Shown here: positions 18,049-28,010 of the stretch, piece after piece
Numbering within the stretch: the stretch's first letter is position 1
Layout: each line of letters starts with the position of its first letter
Source of the DNA: an uncultured Actinomycetota bacterium
GTDB taxonomy: Bacteria > Actinomycetota > UBA4738 > HRBIN12
Length of the DNA: 64,000 bases
Reading direction: 5' to 3'
Assembly (NCBI GenBank): GCA_963746335.1
Contig: CAVVAK010000004.1
Coordinates: forward strand, 530,825-594,824
Notes under the pieces: generated by a model
The model's database searches: none
What the model was told of the DNA's origin: nothing
Seen by the model: only the letters and a program-made list of their open reading frames with translations
Made by a program: the position numbers and the translations under genes

Positions 18049-19528
18049 GCGCGACCAGGATGACGTTCTTGCCGGCGGGCGGCTCACGAAGGACCCGTTG
18101 GATCAGGCGACTCAGCGGCACGATCAGACGATCGTAGCCCCACATGGTCGATCCCGAGATCTGGGTGCTGTGCAGCCATCGGTAGACGACCAGGTACGGG
18201 AGAACCCCCAAGAGATCGAAGTAGCGCACCGTCACGACCCGCAGTCCGGCTCCCTCTGCGATCCGACGAAGATGGTGCAGGGAGTAGCGGCGGTAGTGGC
18301 CGGCCTTGTGGTCCAGCCCGCTGTAGAGGCTCTCCAGGCCGGGTCCGAACACGAGGAGGGCGCCGCCGGGCCGCAGCGCGTCGGCTGCCAGCTGGAGCTC
18401 CCGCTCATCGTCGGCGATGTGCTCGAGCACGTTCACATAGAGCACGGCGTCGAAGGCACCCGCGAACCGCGTGCCGGAATCGGCGAGCGTTCCCTTCTCC
18501 GCCGTCACTCGCTCGGTCATCGCGGCGTACGCATCGAGACTGGCGAACAGGTTCTCGGCGGGCTCGAGCGAGACGATGGATGCGTCGGGGTGACGATCGA
18601 CGAGCTTGCGCGTGATCGTTCCCGTGCCGGCTCCGACCTCCAGGATGCGGCCGCGCACGTATGGCTCGAACTCCTCCAAGACCCAGTCGAAGAAGTACTT
18701 GCTCGCGGCGAGGCATTCGAGGTCGTCCTCGGCTTCGAAGTGGCCCACATCGAAGACTCGCCCGGAGGGCGCGAGCCGGCGCTCCCGTACGCGCTGCATC
18801 TCCTTCCGGAGTGCCAAGAGGTGAGAAGCGAACTCGCCCACGTCTCGGAGCGTGAGTCCGCCACCGCCGGCCCGTGGTTCGCGGTAGATGATCGGCGCCT
18901 CGGAGACCCGGTAGCCTTCCGCGATCGCCTTCGCGACGAACGTCGTGTGGACGCTGTACGGGTTGAGGGGCGTCCCGCTCAACTCGAGTTCGCGGATGAG
19001 CTCGGTCCTCGTGACGCGGAAGCTCGTGGTGGCGTCTCCGATCCTGGGGCTGCCCGTCACCCACCGGAACAACAGGTTGGCCGTACGCCCGAGGAACCAC
19101 CGGGAGAAACTCAGGCCCGGCGTGCCGCTTCCGCTGGTCCACCTCGAACCGATGACGACGTGGGCCTTGCGTGCGATCAGATGATCGATCAGGCCGGGGA
19201 TCTGCGTGGGATCGTGCCGCCCGTTCGCGTCCATCGTCACGACCAGGTCGGCTCTGCCGGCCTCCGATGTTCGGCGAAGCCCGTCGAGGAAGGCCTCGCC
19301 AGAGCCGGAGACCGGCGCCGGAACGGATGTGAGCGGGAGGCCCAGCTCTGCCGCGATCTTGCCGGCCGGCACCGCGTGCTCCCCACCGTCCAGGAGGAGG
19401 ACGTCCAGATCGATGTCGCGTGCACGCAACGCGTATGCGGCCACCGCCAGATCTCGGACGAGGGCTTCGATCGCGTCCTCCACACCGTAGGCGGGCAAGA
19501 CAACGGTGACGGCCTGAGGTGTCTTCAT
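18020..19528 (-). CDS. fusion protein: N-terminal GT2 (DPM1/polyprenyl-phosphate glycosyltransferase-like) plus C-terminal class I SAM-dependent methyltransferase
   Basis: VTVVLPAYGVEDAIEALV...LLLDGGE...TMDANGRHDP in the N-terminal half. ILEVGAGTGTITRKLV, VNVLEHIADDEREL and GGALLVFGP in the C-terminal half. The start was chosen at ATG 19528 (MKTPQAVTVV). Its 3' end overlaps the convergent gene by 29 nt. Confidence 0.8.
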   Translation of the reverse strand: MKTPQAVTVVLPAYGVEDAIEALVRDLAVAAYALRARDIDLDVLLLDGGEHAVPAGKIAAELGLPLTSVPAPVSGSGEAFLDGLRRTSEAGRADLVVTMDANGRHDPTQIPGLIDHLIARKAHVVIGSRWTSGSGTPGLSFSRWFLGRTANLLFRWVTGSPRIGDATTSFRVTRTELIRELELSGTPLNPYSVHTTFVAKAIAEGYRVSEAPIIYREPRAGGGGLTLRDVGEFASHLLALRKEMQRVRERRLAPSGRVFDVGHFEAEDDLECLAASKYFFDWVLEEFEPYVRGRILEVGAGTGTITRKLVDRHPDASIVSLEPAENLFASLDAYAAMTERVTAEKGTLADSGTRFAGAFDAVLYVNVLEHIADDERELQLAADALRPGGALLVFGPGLESLYSGLDHKAGHYRRYSLHHLRRIAEGAGLRVVTVRYFDLLGVLPYLVVYRWLHSTQISGSTMWGYDRLIVPLSRLIQRVLREPPAGKNVILVALKDAVTTPE

Positions 19529-19649
19529 CTCGTACGAGCTCCTGGGCGCGAGGGGACTCGGCGCGGGGTTGAGACGGTATCTGAGCGGCGTCGGCTTGCC
19601 CAGACCGGATCGGCGCGGATGCATCGCCGGCCGTTGCTACGGTATCCGC

Positions 19650-20772
19650 GTGCGCATCGCCCAGGTGGTACCCCGCGGCGAGCAGCCATGGTCGGGTGTG
19701 CTGACGGTCATCGTGCACCTCGCGTCGGCACTCGCCCGACGAGGCCATCAGGTGGATGTCTGGCAGTTGCATCGATGGTCGCCCGACGTGTACCGGGAGC
19801 AGCAGCGGCGGCTGGAGGCGGCCGGGGTCGCCCAGGTTCCACTGCTGCCGACGAGGCGGCTCGGCCCCGCAGCGGCGTCGTTGGCGAAGGAGCGCCAGAT
19901 CGACGTGGTCCACCTCCACGGCGCCTTCAATCGGTCCAACACCGCGGTTTCGCGGGCGCTTCGAGGCCCGTACGTGTTCTCCCCGCACAGCGGGTACGAC
20001 CCCGTGTCACTGACCCGCGGACGCGGCAGGAAGCTCGTCTACCGCGTGCTGTTCGAGCGAACGATGCTGATGCGCGCGGCGCTCCGGGTCGCCCTGACGA
20101 ACCAGGAGCTCGGACAGCTGCGCGCCGTGGGCGTGACCGGACCCATCGAGGTGATCCCCAACGGCGTCGAGGCGGCCCCCGACGATCTCGACCGCGACGA
20201 CGTTCCGTCACGAGCTCGGACTGTCGGCAGATCCCTTGCTGGCGGTGTTCGTCGGTCGTCTCGACGTCCACCGCAAGGGACTCGACGTGCTCGTCCGTGC
20301 GATCGCCGCGGCCCCGCCCTGGCATCTGGCCCTCATCGGTCCCCGGTTCCGAGATGTGGATCGCCTCGAGAGGATGATCGCGGACCTGGACACCGGCGAT
20401 CGGGTCCACCTCGTGGGAGAACGCCATGGTCGAAGCTTGCAGGAGAGCGTGGCCGCGGGGGACGTATTCATGTTGTTGTCGCGCTGGGAAGGGCTCCCCA
20501 TGGCACTGCTGGAGGCCCTCAGCCTCGGGAAGCCGGCGATCGTCAGTACGGTCGTCGAGCCATCGGTCGGCGTCGAAGCGGCCGGTGCGGGCTGGGCCGC
20601 GGACGAAGGTGAGGTTGCGCCGCTGCTGCGCGATCTCCAGGATCGAGGGAGAGGCGAACTGGTCCGCCGCGGCGCGGCAGCGCTCGGGCTGTCGAAGAGA
20701 TACGACTGGGATCTCGTTGCGGAACGGTACGAATCCGCGTATGAACGAGCACTCGGATCGGATAGCGGGTGA
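19650..20772 (+). pseudogene. GT4 glycosyltransferase interrupted by one +1 frame break near 20202-20206 (true pseudogene or sequence error)
   Basis: N-terminal half, from GTG 19650: VRIAQVVPRGEQPWSGVLTVIVHLASALARRGHQVDVW. At ...LDRDDV the sense continues one base downstream as FRHELGLSADPLLAVFVGRLDVHRKGLDVL...LLSRWEGLPMALLEALSLGKPAIVS, the classic GT4 C-terminal half. Confidence 0.75.
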
Positions 20773-22348
20773 CGTGGTGAACGAACCGGTGCTCGGCGAG
20801 ACGCCAGACGCCGGTCACGACCCGAGGCAGGAACACGCTTCCGCCGTTGTGTCCCGCTACCACCCGTGTCCGAGATGGCTGGCACTCACGTTGATCGTCA
20901 CCGCCGCTCTCGTCTTCGTCGCCTGGCTCTTCCTGGCCGCAGCGCACATCGACGACCGGTACCAGCTCGATCATGTGTCCGGTGCCCGGATGGCCCTGGC
21001 GCAGTCCTTCGATCGCGGCACGCTCTATCCCGAGCTGTACGACGGTCGGACCTACGGGGGCACCAGGTTCATGCCGCTCCCGATCGTGCTCCACGGTCTG
21101 ACGGCCCGAATGACGGGCGAATACCTCGTCGCAGGCAAACTCCTCGGTTACGCGGCGACGCTCGGTCTCCTTGCGACCATGATGATCCTCCTGCGGCGCG
21201 GCCGGTGCCCGCTCCCCTATGCCCTGATCCTCGCCGCCCTCGTCCTGACGACGTCGACGGGATCCGACGGCTCGATGAACATGCGCGCCGACGTCCTGCC
21301 GCTCGTCCTCCAGGTACTGGCTGTCTGGATCGTCGCGAGCACGCCCCGTCCCGCCGCCACGATGGGCGCGGCCGCTCTGGCTGCCCTTGCCCTCGTTTCG
21401 AAGTTGAGTGCCGTGTGGGCGCCGGTCGCGATCGTCATCTGGCTGCTTCGGCGCGATCGGAAGCGACTGGCGGTGTTCTCGTCCGCGTACGTCGCGATCT
21501 CTGGAGCGCTCCTGCTCCTGTTCATCGGCCTCAGTGACGGACGGTTGGTCGAGAACGTCTTCGGTCTGTCCACATCGGGCATCACGGGCCTCCGATCGAT
21601 CCTGCTAGCGCCGTACCGATCGATGCACCTGCTGGTCGGGGAGGCGACGGCCGCCTGGGCCCTGATCCCGCTCGCCGGTCTCGCCGCGTGGGTCGCGATC
21701 AAGGACCGGCGGGGGTCCATCTATCAGGTGAGCTTGCTCTGTGCGACGGCGGTCCTTCTGATCGTGCTCACCGACGTCGGGACCGGTGGGAACCAGCTGA
21801 TCGACATCGTGGTACTGATCGCGCTCGTGGTCGGGGAGTTCGCGGCTCGGGTGCGGGCCGGCGTGCCGCGGATCGGACCGGCGGCGCCGGTGCTGGGGAC
21901 GGCCATCGGGCTCGTGTTGCTGTGGGCGACCTTCAGCGGGTTCATCGTCACGCTCGCCCCGGAGTTGGAGGCGATGGTCAGCGCCGAGGCGTCGTTCACG
22001 AAGACACCCTTGTCGGGCCTCGCCACGTCCCACACGTCGGTGCTCTCCGAGGATCCCTACGTGCCGATCTCACTCGGTCAGGTGCCCGTCGTGCGCGATC
22101 CGTTCATGCTGCCCAGGTTGGCCCAGCGGCAGCCCGACGCCGTCCCCGACCTCATCGATCGGATCGAGGACCAGGAGTTCGACCTCGTCATCCTGGTCGA
22201 ACCTCTCGAGCCCCTCGATCGCACCTGGTGGAGCGAGCTCGATCTCGGCACTCCGGTCGTGCAGGCGATCTCGCGCGCGTACTCGTACTCGGGGAGGGTC
22301 CAGGGCTATCACGTGTACGAGCCGCGTGAGGAGGGTTCCCTGCCGTGA
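20741..22348 (+). CDS. polytopic membrane protein (GT-C-like candidate)
   Basis: More than 10 TM segments after WLALTLIVTAALVFVAWLFLAAA. An early loop, GARMALAQSFDRGTLYPELYDGRTYGGTRFMPLP, is reminiscent of ArnT/PMT-type first periplasmic loops. Start at ATG 20741, or GTG 20774 just after the GT4 stop. Confidence 0.6.
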   Translation: MNEHSDRIAGDVVNEPVLGETPDAGHDPRQEHASAVVSRYHPCPRWLALTLIVTAALVFVAWLFLAAAHIDDRYQLDHVSGARMALAQSFDRGTLYPELYDGRTYGGTRFMPLPIVLHGLTARMTGEYLVAGKLLGYAATLGLLATMMILLRRGRCPLPYALILAALVLTTSTGSDGSMNMRADVLPLVLQVLAVWIVASTPRPAATMGAAALAALALVSKLSAVWAPVAIVIWLLRRDRKRLAVFSSAYVAISGALLLLFIGLSDGRLVENVFGLSTSGITGLRSILLAPYRSMHLLVGEATAAWALIPLAGLAAWVAIKDRRGSIYQVSLLCATAVLLIVLTDVGTGGNQLIDIVVLIALVVGEFAARVRAGVPRIGPAAPVLGTAIGLVLLWATFSGFIVTLAPELEAMVSAEASFTKTPLSGLATSHTSVLSEDPYVPISLGQVPVVRDPFMLPRLAQRQPDAVPDLIDRIEDQEFDLVILVEPLEPLDRTWWSELDLGTPVVQAISRAYSYSGRVQGYHVYEPREEGSLP

Positions 22349-23631
22349 CGACACGGAACGTCGAGCGTGCCGGGAGTGTTCGGAGCACGCTCGAGCGGAG
22401 GCTCCTCACCATCCTGACGTACCGCCCGGACATCGACGGGCGACTCCTCGTCGTCGCCGTGCTCGGGGTGTACTTCCTCGTGGTTGCCGTTCCGCGGTTC
22501 CTGTGGAACGTCGACGTCTGGCCCCGGCTGGGTGTCCCTTCCGGGCCTTCGCTGTTCTTCGACACGAGGAACCTCACGGCCGCCCTGGAATGTCGGCGAC
22601 TCGGCTTCGATCCATTGGTCCAGAACCCCTGCGACCCCTGGGGGAGGCCGCTCAACTACCCTCGCGTGTGGCTCGCTCTCCGCTGGTTGGGACTGAACCA
22701 GTCCCACACCGTCGCCCTCGCCCTCCTGTTCATCATCGTGTTCCTCGGGTCGATCCTCCTCCTGACGGGACGGGTCAGCCTCGGCAGAGGGAGTCTGGTG
22801 GCTCTGGCCGTCTGTTCCCCGTCCGTCATGTTCGCGATCGAGCGGGCGAACGTGGACATCGTCGTGTTCACCCTGATGGTTCTCGCGGTCCTCGCCTGGC
22901 GGGTCCGCAGCCGCTGGGCGGAGGTCGCAAGTCCGTTCGTCGTCCTCGTCGCCGCGACCGCGAAGATCTACCCGGTCTTCGCGCTCCCCGCCTACCTCTT
23001 CCTGCGCCGGCGCAGCGCCGCGATCGTCGCCGTCGTGTGTGCTGCTCTGTTCGCCCTCTACGCGTTGGTGACGATCGGAGACATCCAGGCGGTGGCGGCG
23101 GTCGCACCACAGGGCGAGCTCCACGCGTTCGGGGCCAGGATCCTTCCGGCTGCCATCTACCACCGGTTCATCCCCGACCGGTGGCAGGGTGGAGCGATCA
23201 CGAAGCAGCTCCTCGTCATCGTCCCCCTGCTCGCGGCCGCCCCACTCGTGTGGTTCCCGGGACGTCGGCGACGCCCTGCGGCCGACCGGGGAGCCGACAC
23301 CCCCACCCGCCTCGCGTTCTTCGCGGGATCGATGATCTTCTTGGGGACCTTCGCGATCGGCAACAACTTCGACTACCGGCTCGTGTTCCTGCTTCTCACA
23401 CTTCCTCAGCTCTTCGATTGGGTCACCGCGGAGCCACGCGATCCTCGTGCGTGGCTGGCCGGCATCGCGACGATCATCGTCGTGTCCCTTCTGTGGATCG
23501 GAGCCCTCTCGGAGCCACTCCTGCTGATGGACGAGTTGGTGACGTGGGCGGCGGTCGGCGTGTTGGTGGCACTCCTCGCAGCGTCCGTACCCTCGGTCCG
23601 CACGATCCTGGCCACGATGCGGCCAGACTGA
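22345..23631 (+). CDS. polytopic membrane protein (DUF2029/GT-C-like candidate)
   Basis: The GTG start forms a GTGA overlap with the upstream stop. About 10 TM segments; AATAKIYPVFALPAYLF resembles the K-(Y/P)-P loop of DUF2029 proteins. Confidence 0.6.
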   Translation: MTTRNVERAGSVRSTLERRLLTILTYRPDIDGRLLVVAVLGVYFLVVAVPRFLWNVDVWPRLGVPSGPSLFFDTRNLTAALECRRLGFDPLVQNPCDPWGRPLNYPRVWLALRWLGLNQSHTVALALLFIIVFLGSILLLTGRVSLGRGSLVALAVCSPSVMFAIERANVDIVVFTLMVLAVLAWRVRSRWAEVASPFVVLVAATAKIYPVFALPAYLFLRRRSAAIVAVVCAALFALYALVTIGDIQAVAAVAPQGELHAFGARILPAAIYHRFIPDRWQGGAITKQLLVIVPLLAAAPLVWFPGRRRRPAADRGADTPTRLAFFAGSMIFLGTFAIGNNFDYRLVFLLLTLPQLFDWVTAEPRDPRAWLAGIATIIVVSLLWIGALSEPLLLMDELVTWAAVGVLVALLAASVPSVRTILATMRPD

Positions 23632-23702
23632 TCCGGCTCGGGGGATCGCCGGGACGCGTATCCTGACCTCCTCGCACGATCGCGGAATCGGGAGCATCGG
23701 AC

Positions 23703-24635
23703 GTGTCCTTCGAGAAGGTGGATCTTCCTCGGAACATCGACGAGCCTGCTCGCGAGGCGTTGCCGGCAAGGGCGTCGGCCGGCGCGATCGTCTCGACGGC
23801 GCGCCCGCGACAGTGGGCGAAGAACGTCCTGGTGTTCGGGGCGCCTGCCACGGGCGGCGTCCTCACCGACCCCGCCGCGCTCGCCTCCACCATCGCCGCC
23901 TTCATCGCCTTCTGCCTCGTCGCGAGCGGCGTGTATTTCTTCAACGACATCGCCGATGCGTCCACGGACCGCCTGCATCCGACGAAGCGGTTCCGCCCGG
24001 TCGCGGCGGGCCAGATGTCCCGCTCGCTGGCGGCCTCGCTCGGTGCCCTGCTGATCGCCGTCGGCTTGGCGGTCGGGGCGTGGGGTGGCGGCGCGGCCCT
24101 GCTCGGCGTCCTGGCGGGCTACGTCGGACTCTCCGTCGCCTACATGCTCGTGCTCCGCGACATCGCCCTGATCGATCTCGCGGCGATCTCTGGTGGATTC
24201 CTGCTCCGCGCGGTCGCGGGCGGTGTCGCCACCGACGTGCCGCTCTCGATGTGGTTCTTGATGGTCGCCGGCTTCGGCTCACTCTTCCTCGCCGCTGGCA
24301 AGCGCCACGCGGAGTACGTGCAGCTCGGCGACGCGCGCGCCGACCATCGCAAGAGCTTGCGGGAGTACTCGGAGCCGTACCTCCGCTACGTCCAGTACGC
24401 CTCCTCGACGGTGGTCATGGCCGCGTACGCGCTGTGGGCATTCGAAGGCGTCGCCGGCGGGAGCCTCTGGTCGGAGCTCTCGATCATCCCGTTCGTGCTC
24501 GGCATCTTCCGCTACGCACTCCTCCTCGAGCACGGCCGAGGGGCTGCTCCGGAAGAGGTCGTCCTCAGCGACGTCCCGCTGTTGGCGCTCGGGGCGGCGT
24601 GGATCGTGCTGGTCGCCACCGGGGTCTACGCGTGA
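23703..24635 (+). CDS. decaprenyl-phosphate 5-phosphoribosyltransferase (UbiA prenyltransferase superfamily, Rv3806c-type)
   Basis: [15 protein letters not shown] and [26 protein letters not shown] match the NDxxDxxxD / HPTKRxRP signature of DPPR synthases. About 8 TM segments. Confidence 0.8.
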   Translation: MSFEKVDLPRNIDEPAREALPARASAGAIVSTARPRQWAKNVLVFGAPATGGVLTDPAALASTIAAFIAFCLVASGVYFFNDIADASTDRLHPTKRFRPVAAGQMSRSLAASLGALLIAVGLAVGAWGGGAALLGVLAGYVGLSVAYMLVLRDIALIDLAAISGGFLLRAVAGGVATDVPLSMWFLMVAGFGSLFLAAGKRHAEYVQLGDARADHRKSLREYSEPYLRYVQYASSTVVMAAYALWAFEGVAGGSLWSELSIIPFVLGIFRYALLLEHGRGAAPEEVVLSDVPLLALGAAWIVLVATGVYA

Positions 24636-24681
24636 ACGAGCGTCACGGTCCCTCGTCGGCCGTCACCGCAGGGTAGTCACG

Positions 24682-25617
24682 ATGTCACGGGCGCTCGTCA
24701 CGGGCGGAGCGGGTTTCCTCGGATCCCACCTCTGCGATCGCTTGATCGCCGAGGGCTGGGACGTGGTGTGCGTCGACTCCTTGCTCACGGGACGCGAAGA
24801 CAACATGGGACAGCTTCTCGGACACGAACGGTTCGAGTACATGGCCTACGACGTGACGGAACCGTTCGCGTTCGACGGCGAGCTCGACCGCGTGCTCCAT
24901 CTGGCCTCACCGGCGTCTCCCGTGGACTATCTGCGGTGGCCGATCGAGACCCTGCGGGTGGGCGCCCTCGGAACGCTCCATGCACTGGAGCTCGCCCGGG
25001 CGAAGGAGGCGACCTTCTTCCTCGCCTCGACATCCGAGACGTACGGCGATCCGCTGGTCCACCCGCAACCCGAGACCTACTGGGGCAACGTCAACCCGGT
25101 CGGTCCGCGCAGCGTGTACGACGAGGCCAAGCGATACGCCGAGGCCGCGACCATGGCCTACCACCGCGCACATGGGCTTCCCGTGAGCATCGCGAGGATC
25201 TTCAATACCTACGGCCCGCGGATGCGACGCAAGGATGGTCGGGCCGTGCCCACGTTCATCCAGCAGGCGATGGCCGGGGAGCCGTTGACGGTCCACGGCG
25301 ACGGGACACAGACGCGCTCGCTCTGTTTCGTCGACGACCTCATCGAAGGGCTCTATCGCCTCATCGAGTCCGAGCAGGTCGGTCCCGTGAACGTCGGCAA
25401 CCCCAACGAGATCACCGTCATGCAACTCGCTGAAGCGATCCGGGACGCCGCAGGCAGCTCGTCGCCGATCGTGAACGTGGAGCGGCCCGTCGACGATCCC
25501 GAGATGAGGCGCCCCGACATCTCGTTGGCTCGAGAACTGCTGGGATGGGAACCGGCCGTTCCGCTCGCCGACGGCCTCGCCCGCACGATCGGCTGGGCGA
25601 AGACGGCATGGGCCTGA
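24682..25617 (+). CDS. uxs: UDP-glucuronate decarboxylase (UDP-xylose synthase), SDR family
   Basis: [18 protein letters not shown] (GxxGxxG), [11 protein letters not shown] (YxxxK), NTYGPRM and [14 protein letters not shown] are the UXS-type pattern. 311 aa. Confidence 0.85.
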   Translation: MSRALVTGGAGFLGSHLCDRLIAEGWDVVCVDSLLTGREDNMGQLLGHERFEYMAYDVTEPFAFDGELDRVLHLASPASPVDYLRWPIETLRVGALGTLHALELARAKEATFFLASTSETYGDPLVHPQPETYWGNVNPVGPRSVYDEAKRYAEAATMAYHRAHGLPVSIARIFNTYGPRMRRKDGRAVPTFIQQAMAGEPLTVHGDGTQTRSLCFVDDLIEGLYRLIESEQVGPVNVGNPNEITVMQLAEAIRDAAGSSSPIVNVERPVDDPEMRRPDISLARELLGWEPAVPLADGLARTIGWAKTAWA

Positions 25618-26258
25618 CGTCCAGGCGTGCACCGATGAACGCAGGCAAGGCAGCTCGGAAGGGTGCGTTCGTGCTGATCGTCGGGCCCGACGGCACGGGC
25701 AAATCGACGCTCGCCCAGGGACTGGTGGATGCGACGAGACACGAGTTCCCGCATGTGATCCACATGCATTGGCGCCCCGGCTTGCTGCCTCGACCCGGCG
25801 GTCTCGTCGGGATCGAAGCCGGCGATCCGACCGATCCGCACGCGCGAGAGCCACACGGATCGTTCCTCTCTCTGCTGTTGCTCGCGTACCACTGGCTCGA
25901 CTTCTTCCTCGGGACGTGGCTGCGGATCGTGCCGGCCAGATCACGGGGAGGCTTGGTCGTGATGGAGCGCGGGTGGTTGGACATCGCGGTCGACCCGCGG
26001 AGATATCACCTCGCGCTCCCTCGGAAGCTCGTGGAGCGGCTCGGACGCCTCCTCCCCGCACCGGACCTCGTGGTCGTTCTCTACGCGGAGCCCGAAGCTC
26101 TAACCCGACGGAAGGCAGAGCTTCCCACCCAGGAGCTCTCCAGGCAGATGGCGCGCTGGCGTCAGATCACGTTCCCAGCCCGCACGACCAGGTTGTTCCT
26201 GGATGCCTCCGAGAGTGCGGATCGACTCCTCGAGCAGGTGAGTCGCGCGGTGCTGTAG
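25608..26258 (+). CDS. P-loop NTPase, thymidylate-kinase-like fold; function unknown
   Basis: Walker [20 protein letters not shown]. No other motif recognised. Start at ATG 25608 (10-nt overlap with uxs) or ATG 25635. Confidence 0.55.
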   Translation: MGLTSRRAPMNAGKAARKGAFVLIVGPDGTGKSTLAQGLVDATRHEFPHVIHMHWRPGLLPRPGGLVGIEAGDPTDPHAREPHGSFLSLLLLAYHWLDFFLGTWLRIVPARSRGGLVVMERGWLDIAVDPRRYHLALPRKLVERLGRLLPAPDLVVVLYAEPEALTRRKAELPTQELSRQMARWRQITFPARTTRLFLDASESADRLLEQVSRAVL

Positions 26259-26320
26259 TCTCCAACCTTCCTCGGCTACCGCCTTGAGCCACTCCCCCCG
26301 ACGTCGATACGTGGAGGCGT

Positions 26321-27860
26321 ATGGCATATCCGAGACCCGGTCTGGTTCGGATCTTCACGCTCACCACGTTGGTCATCGTGCTCACACTGGGTCTGAGCGC
26401 CATGCCGGCGCCCGCCCTCTCAGCACCCCAGGGCGCCACGACGCGTGCCGTGCAGTCGGCGATCAGGGCTCAGATCCTCGCGAGGTGCGGGCCGACGAAC
26501 TGTCTCCCGGCCGTGGGACCCCGGAGGGGCATCGGGTGTCCTTCGGGATCCGTCAGACTTCGACCCGGACGGCGTCTTCAGGCCGCGATCGATGCGAAGC
26601 CCGGGGGGACAGCCTTCTGCTTCAGGGCGGGGACCTACCGCCTGAGGCGCCCGCTCCTCCCGAAGAGCCACGACGTGTTCGTTGGGCAGTACGGCGCGGT
26701 CCTCAAGGGATCGAAGAGGGTCACGGACTGGACGAAGCGGGGGGCCTATTGGGTAGCGACCGGCCAATGGCAACAGAACGAGGTGGTGAGCGGCGTGCCG
26801 TGTCAAGCGGGCATCGAGTGCAACCGTCCGGAGGGCGTCTTCCTCGGGAACAGGGCACTCGTCCAGGTGCCGACCCTTTCCGCGGTCCGGACGGGACGGT
26901 TCTTCTTCGACTATCCGCGTGACAGGATCTACATCGCGGATGACCCCCGTGGCAGGCGCGTCGAGGCCTCTATCGCCGAGGGCGCATTCCGGGCGACCCA
27001 TCATCCTGCACGGGGCGTGGTCATCAAGAACCTGATCATCGAGAGGTTCGCGAACCCCAGCCGAACCGGCGTGATCTTCAACACGAACGACCCGGGGTGG
27101 GTGGTCGCCAACAACGAGATCGCCATGAACCACGGCATCGGGATCCTGCACAACGACGGAGCGACGATCAGGAACAACCACATCCATCACAACGGCCAGC
27201 TCGGCGTGAGCGGATACCGGTCGGCCGGAGTCCTCGTTCTCAACAACGAGATCGCGTGGAACGCGATCGGCGGCTTCGCGGGCTGGGAAGCGGGCGGTGC
27301 CAAGTACGTGGCAACCACCGGACTCACCATCAGTGGCAACTACGTCCACGACAACCGGCATCACGGCTTGTGGACCGACACGGACAACGTGAACACCCGA
27401 TACGTGCGCAACACCGTCGTGCGCAACAGGGGAAGTGGCATCTTCCACGAGAACGCCTACGGTTGCGTCATCAGAGGCAACTACATCGCCCGCAATGGCG
27501 GCGGACGGCATCCTCCTCAGCTCCTCATCGAACGTGGAGGTGTTCGAGAACTCCGTGGCACTCAATCGTGACGGGGGGATCCACCTCTTCATCGACGGCG
27601 CATCGGGTCATGACCTATCCGACAACTCCATCCACGACAACGTGATCAGGATGCGTGACGGAACCTCCAACGGCATCACGACGATGAACGTGACCGATCC
27701 GCTCAGCTACTCCATCTCGAAGAACAACAGATTCAGAGGGAACTCCTACGTCGTGCCGCGGCTTCTGCAGCCGTACTGGTACTGGGAGGACACCCCGAAG
27801 ACATGGCACCAGTGGCAAGTCGCGGGTCAGGACCTCACCGGCACGATCCGCCTGCCCTGA
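26321..27860 (+). pseudogene. secreted right-handed beta-helix (PbH1 repeat) protein with one +1 frame break near 27497-27507
   Basis: Signal/TM segment IFTLTTLVIVLTLGLSAMPAPALSA. Repeated coils: NNEIAMNHGIGIL, IRNNHIHHNGQLGVSG, VLNNEIAWN, ISGNYVHDNRHHGLW, VRNTVVRNRGSGIF, IRGNYIARNG. The sense then continues in the next frame as DGILLSSSSNVEVFENSVALNRDGGIHLF...NRFRGNSY. Confidence 0.7.
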
Positions 27861-28010
27861 CGCGGCCTGTCCTCGTGTACTCCGCTGGGCTTCCCCGGAT
27901 GGGCCGCTGCGTAGTCGAGTCCAGGCCCGCCTATCGGGATAGTTACGCATCAAGAATCAACTCTCCTCGGCCGATGAAAGGGGGACAGCCAGAAGGGGAG
28001 AGAAGCGGTC

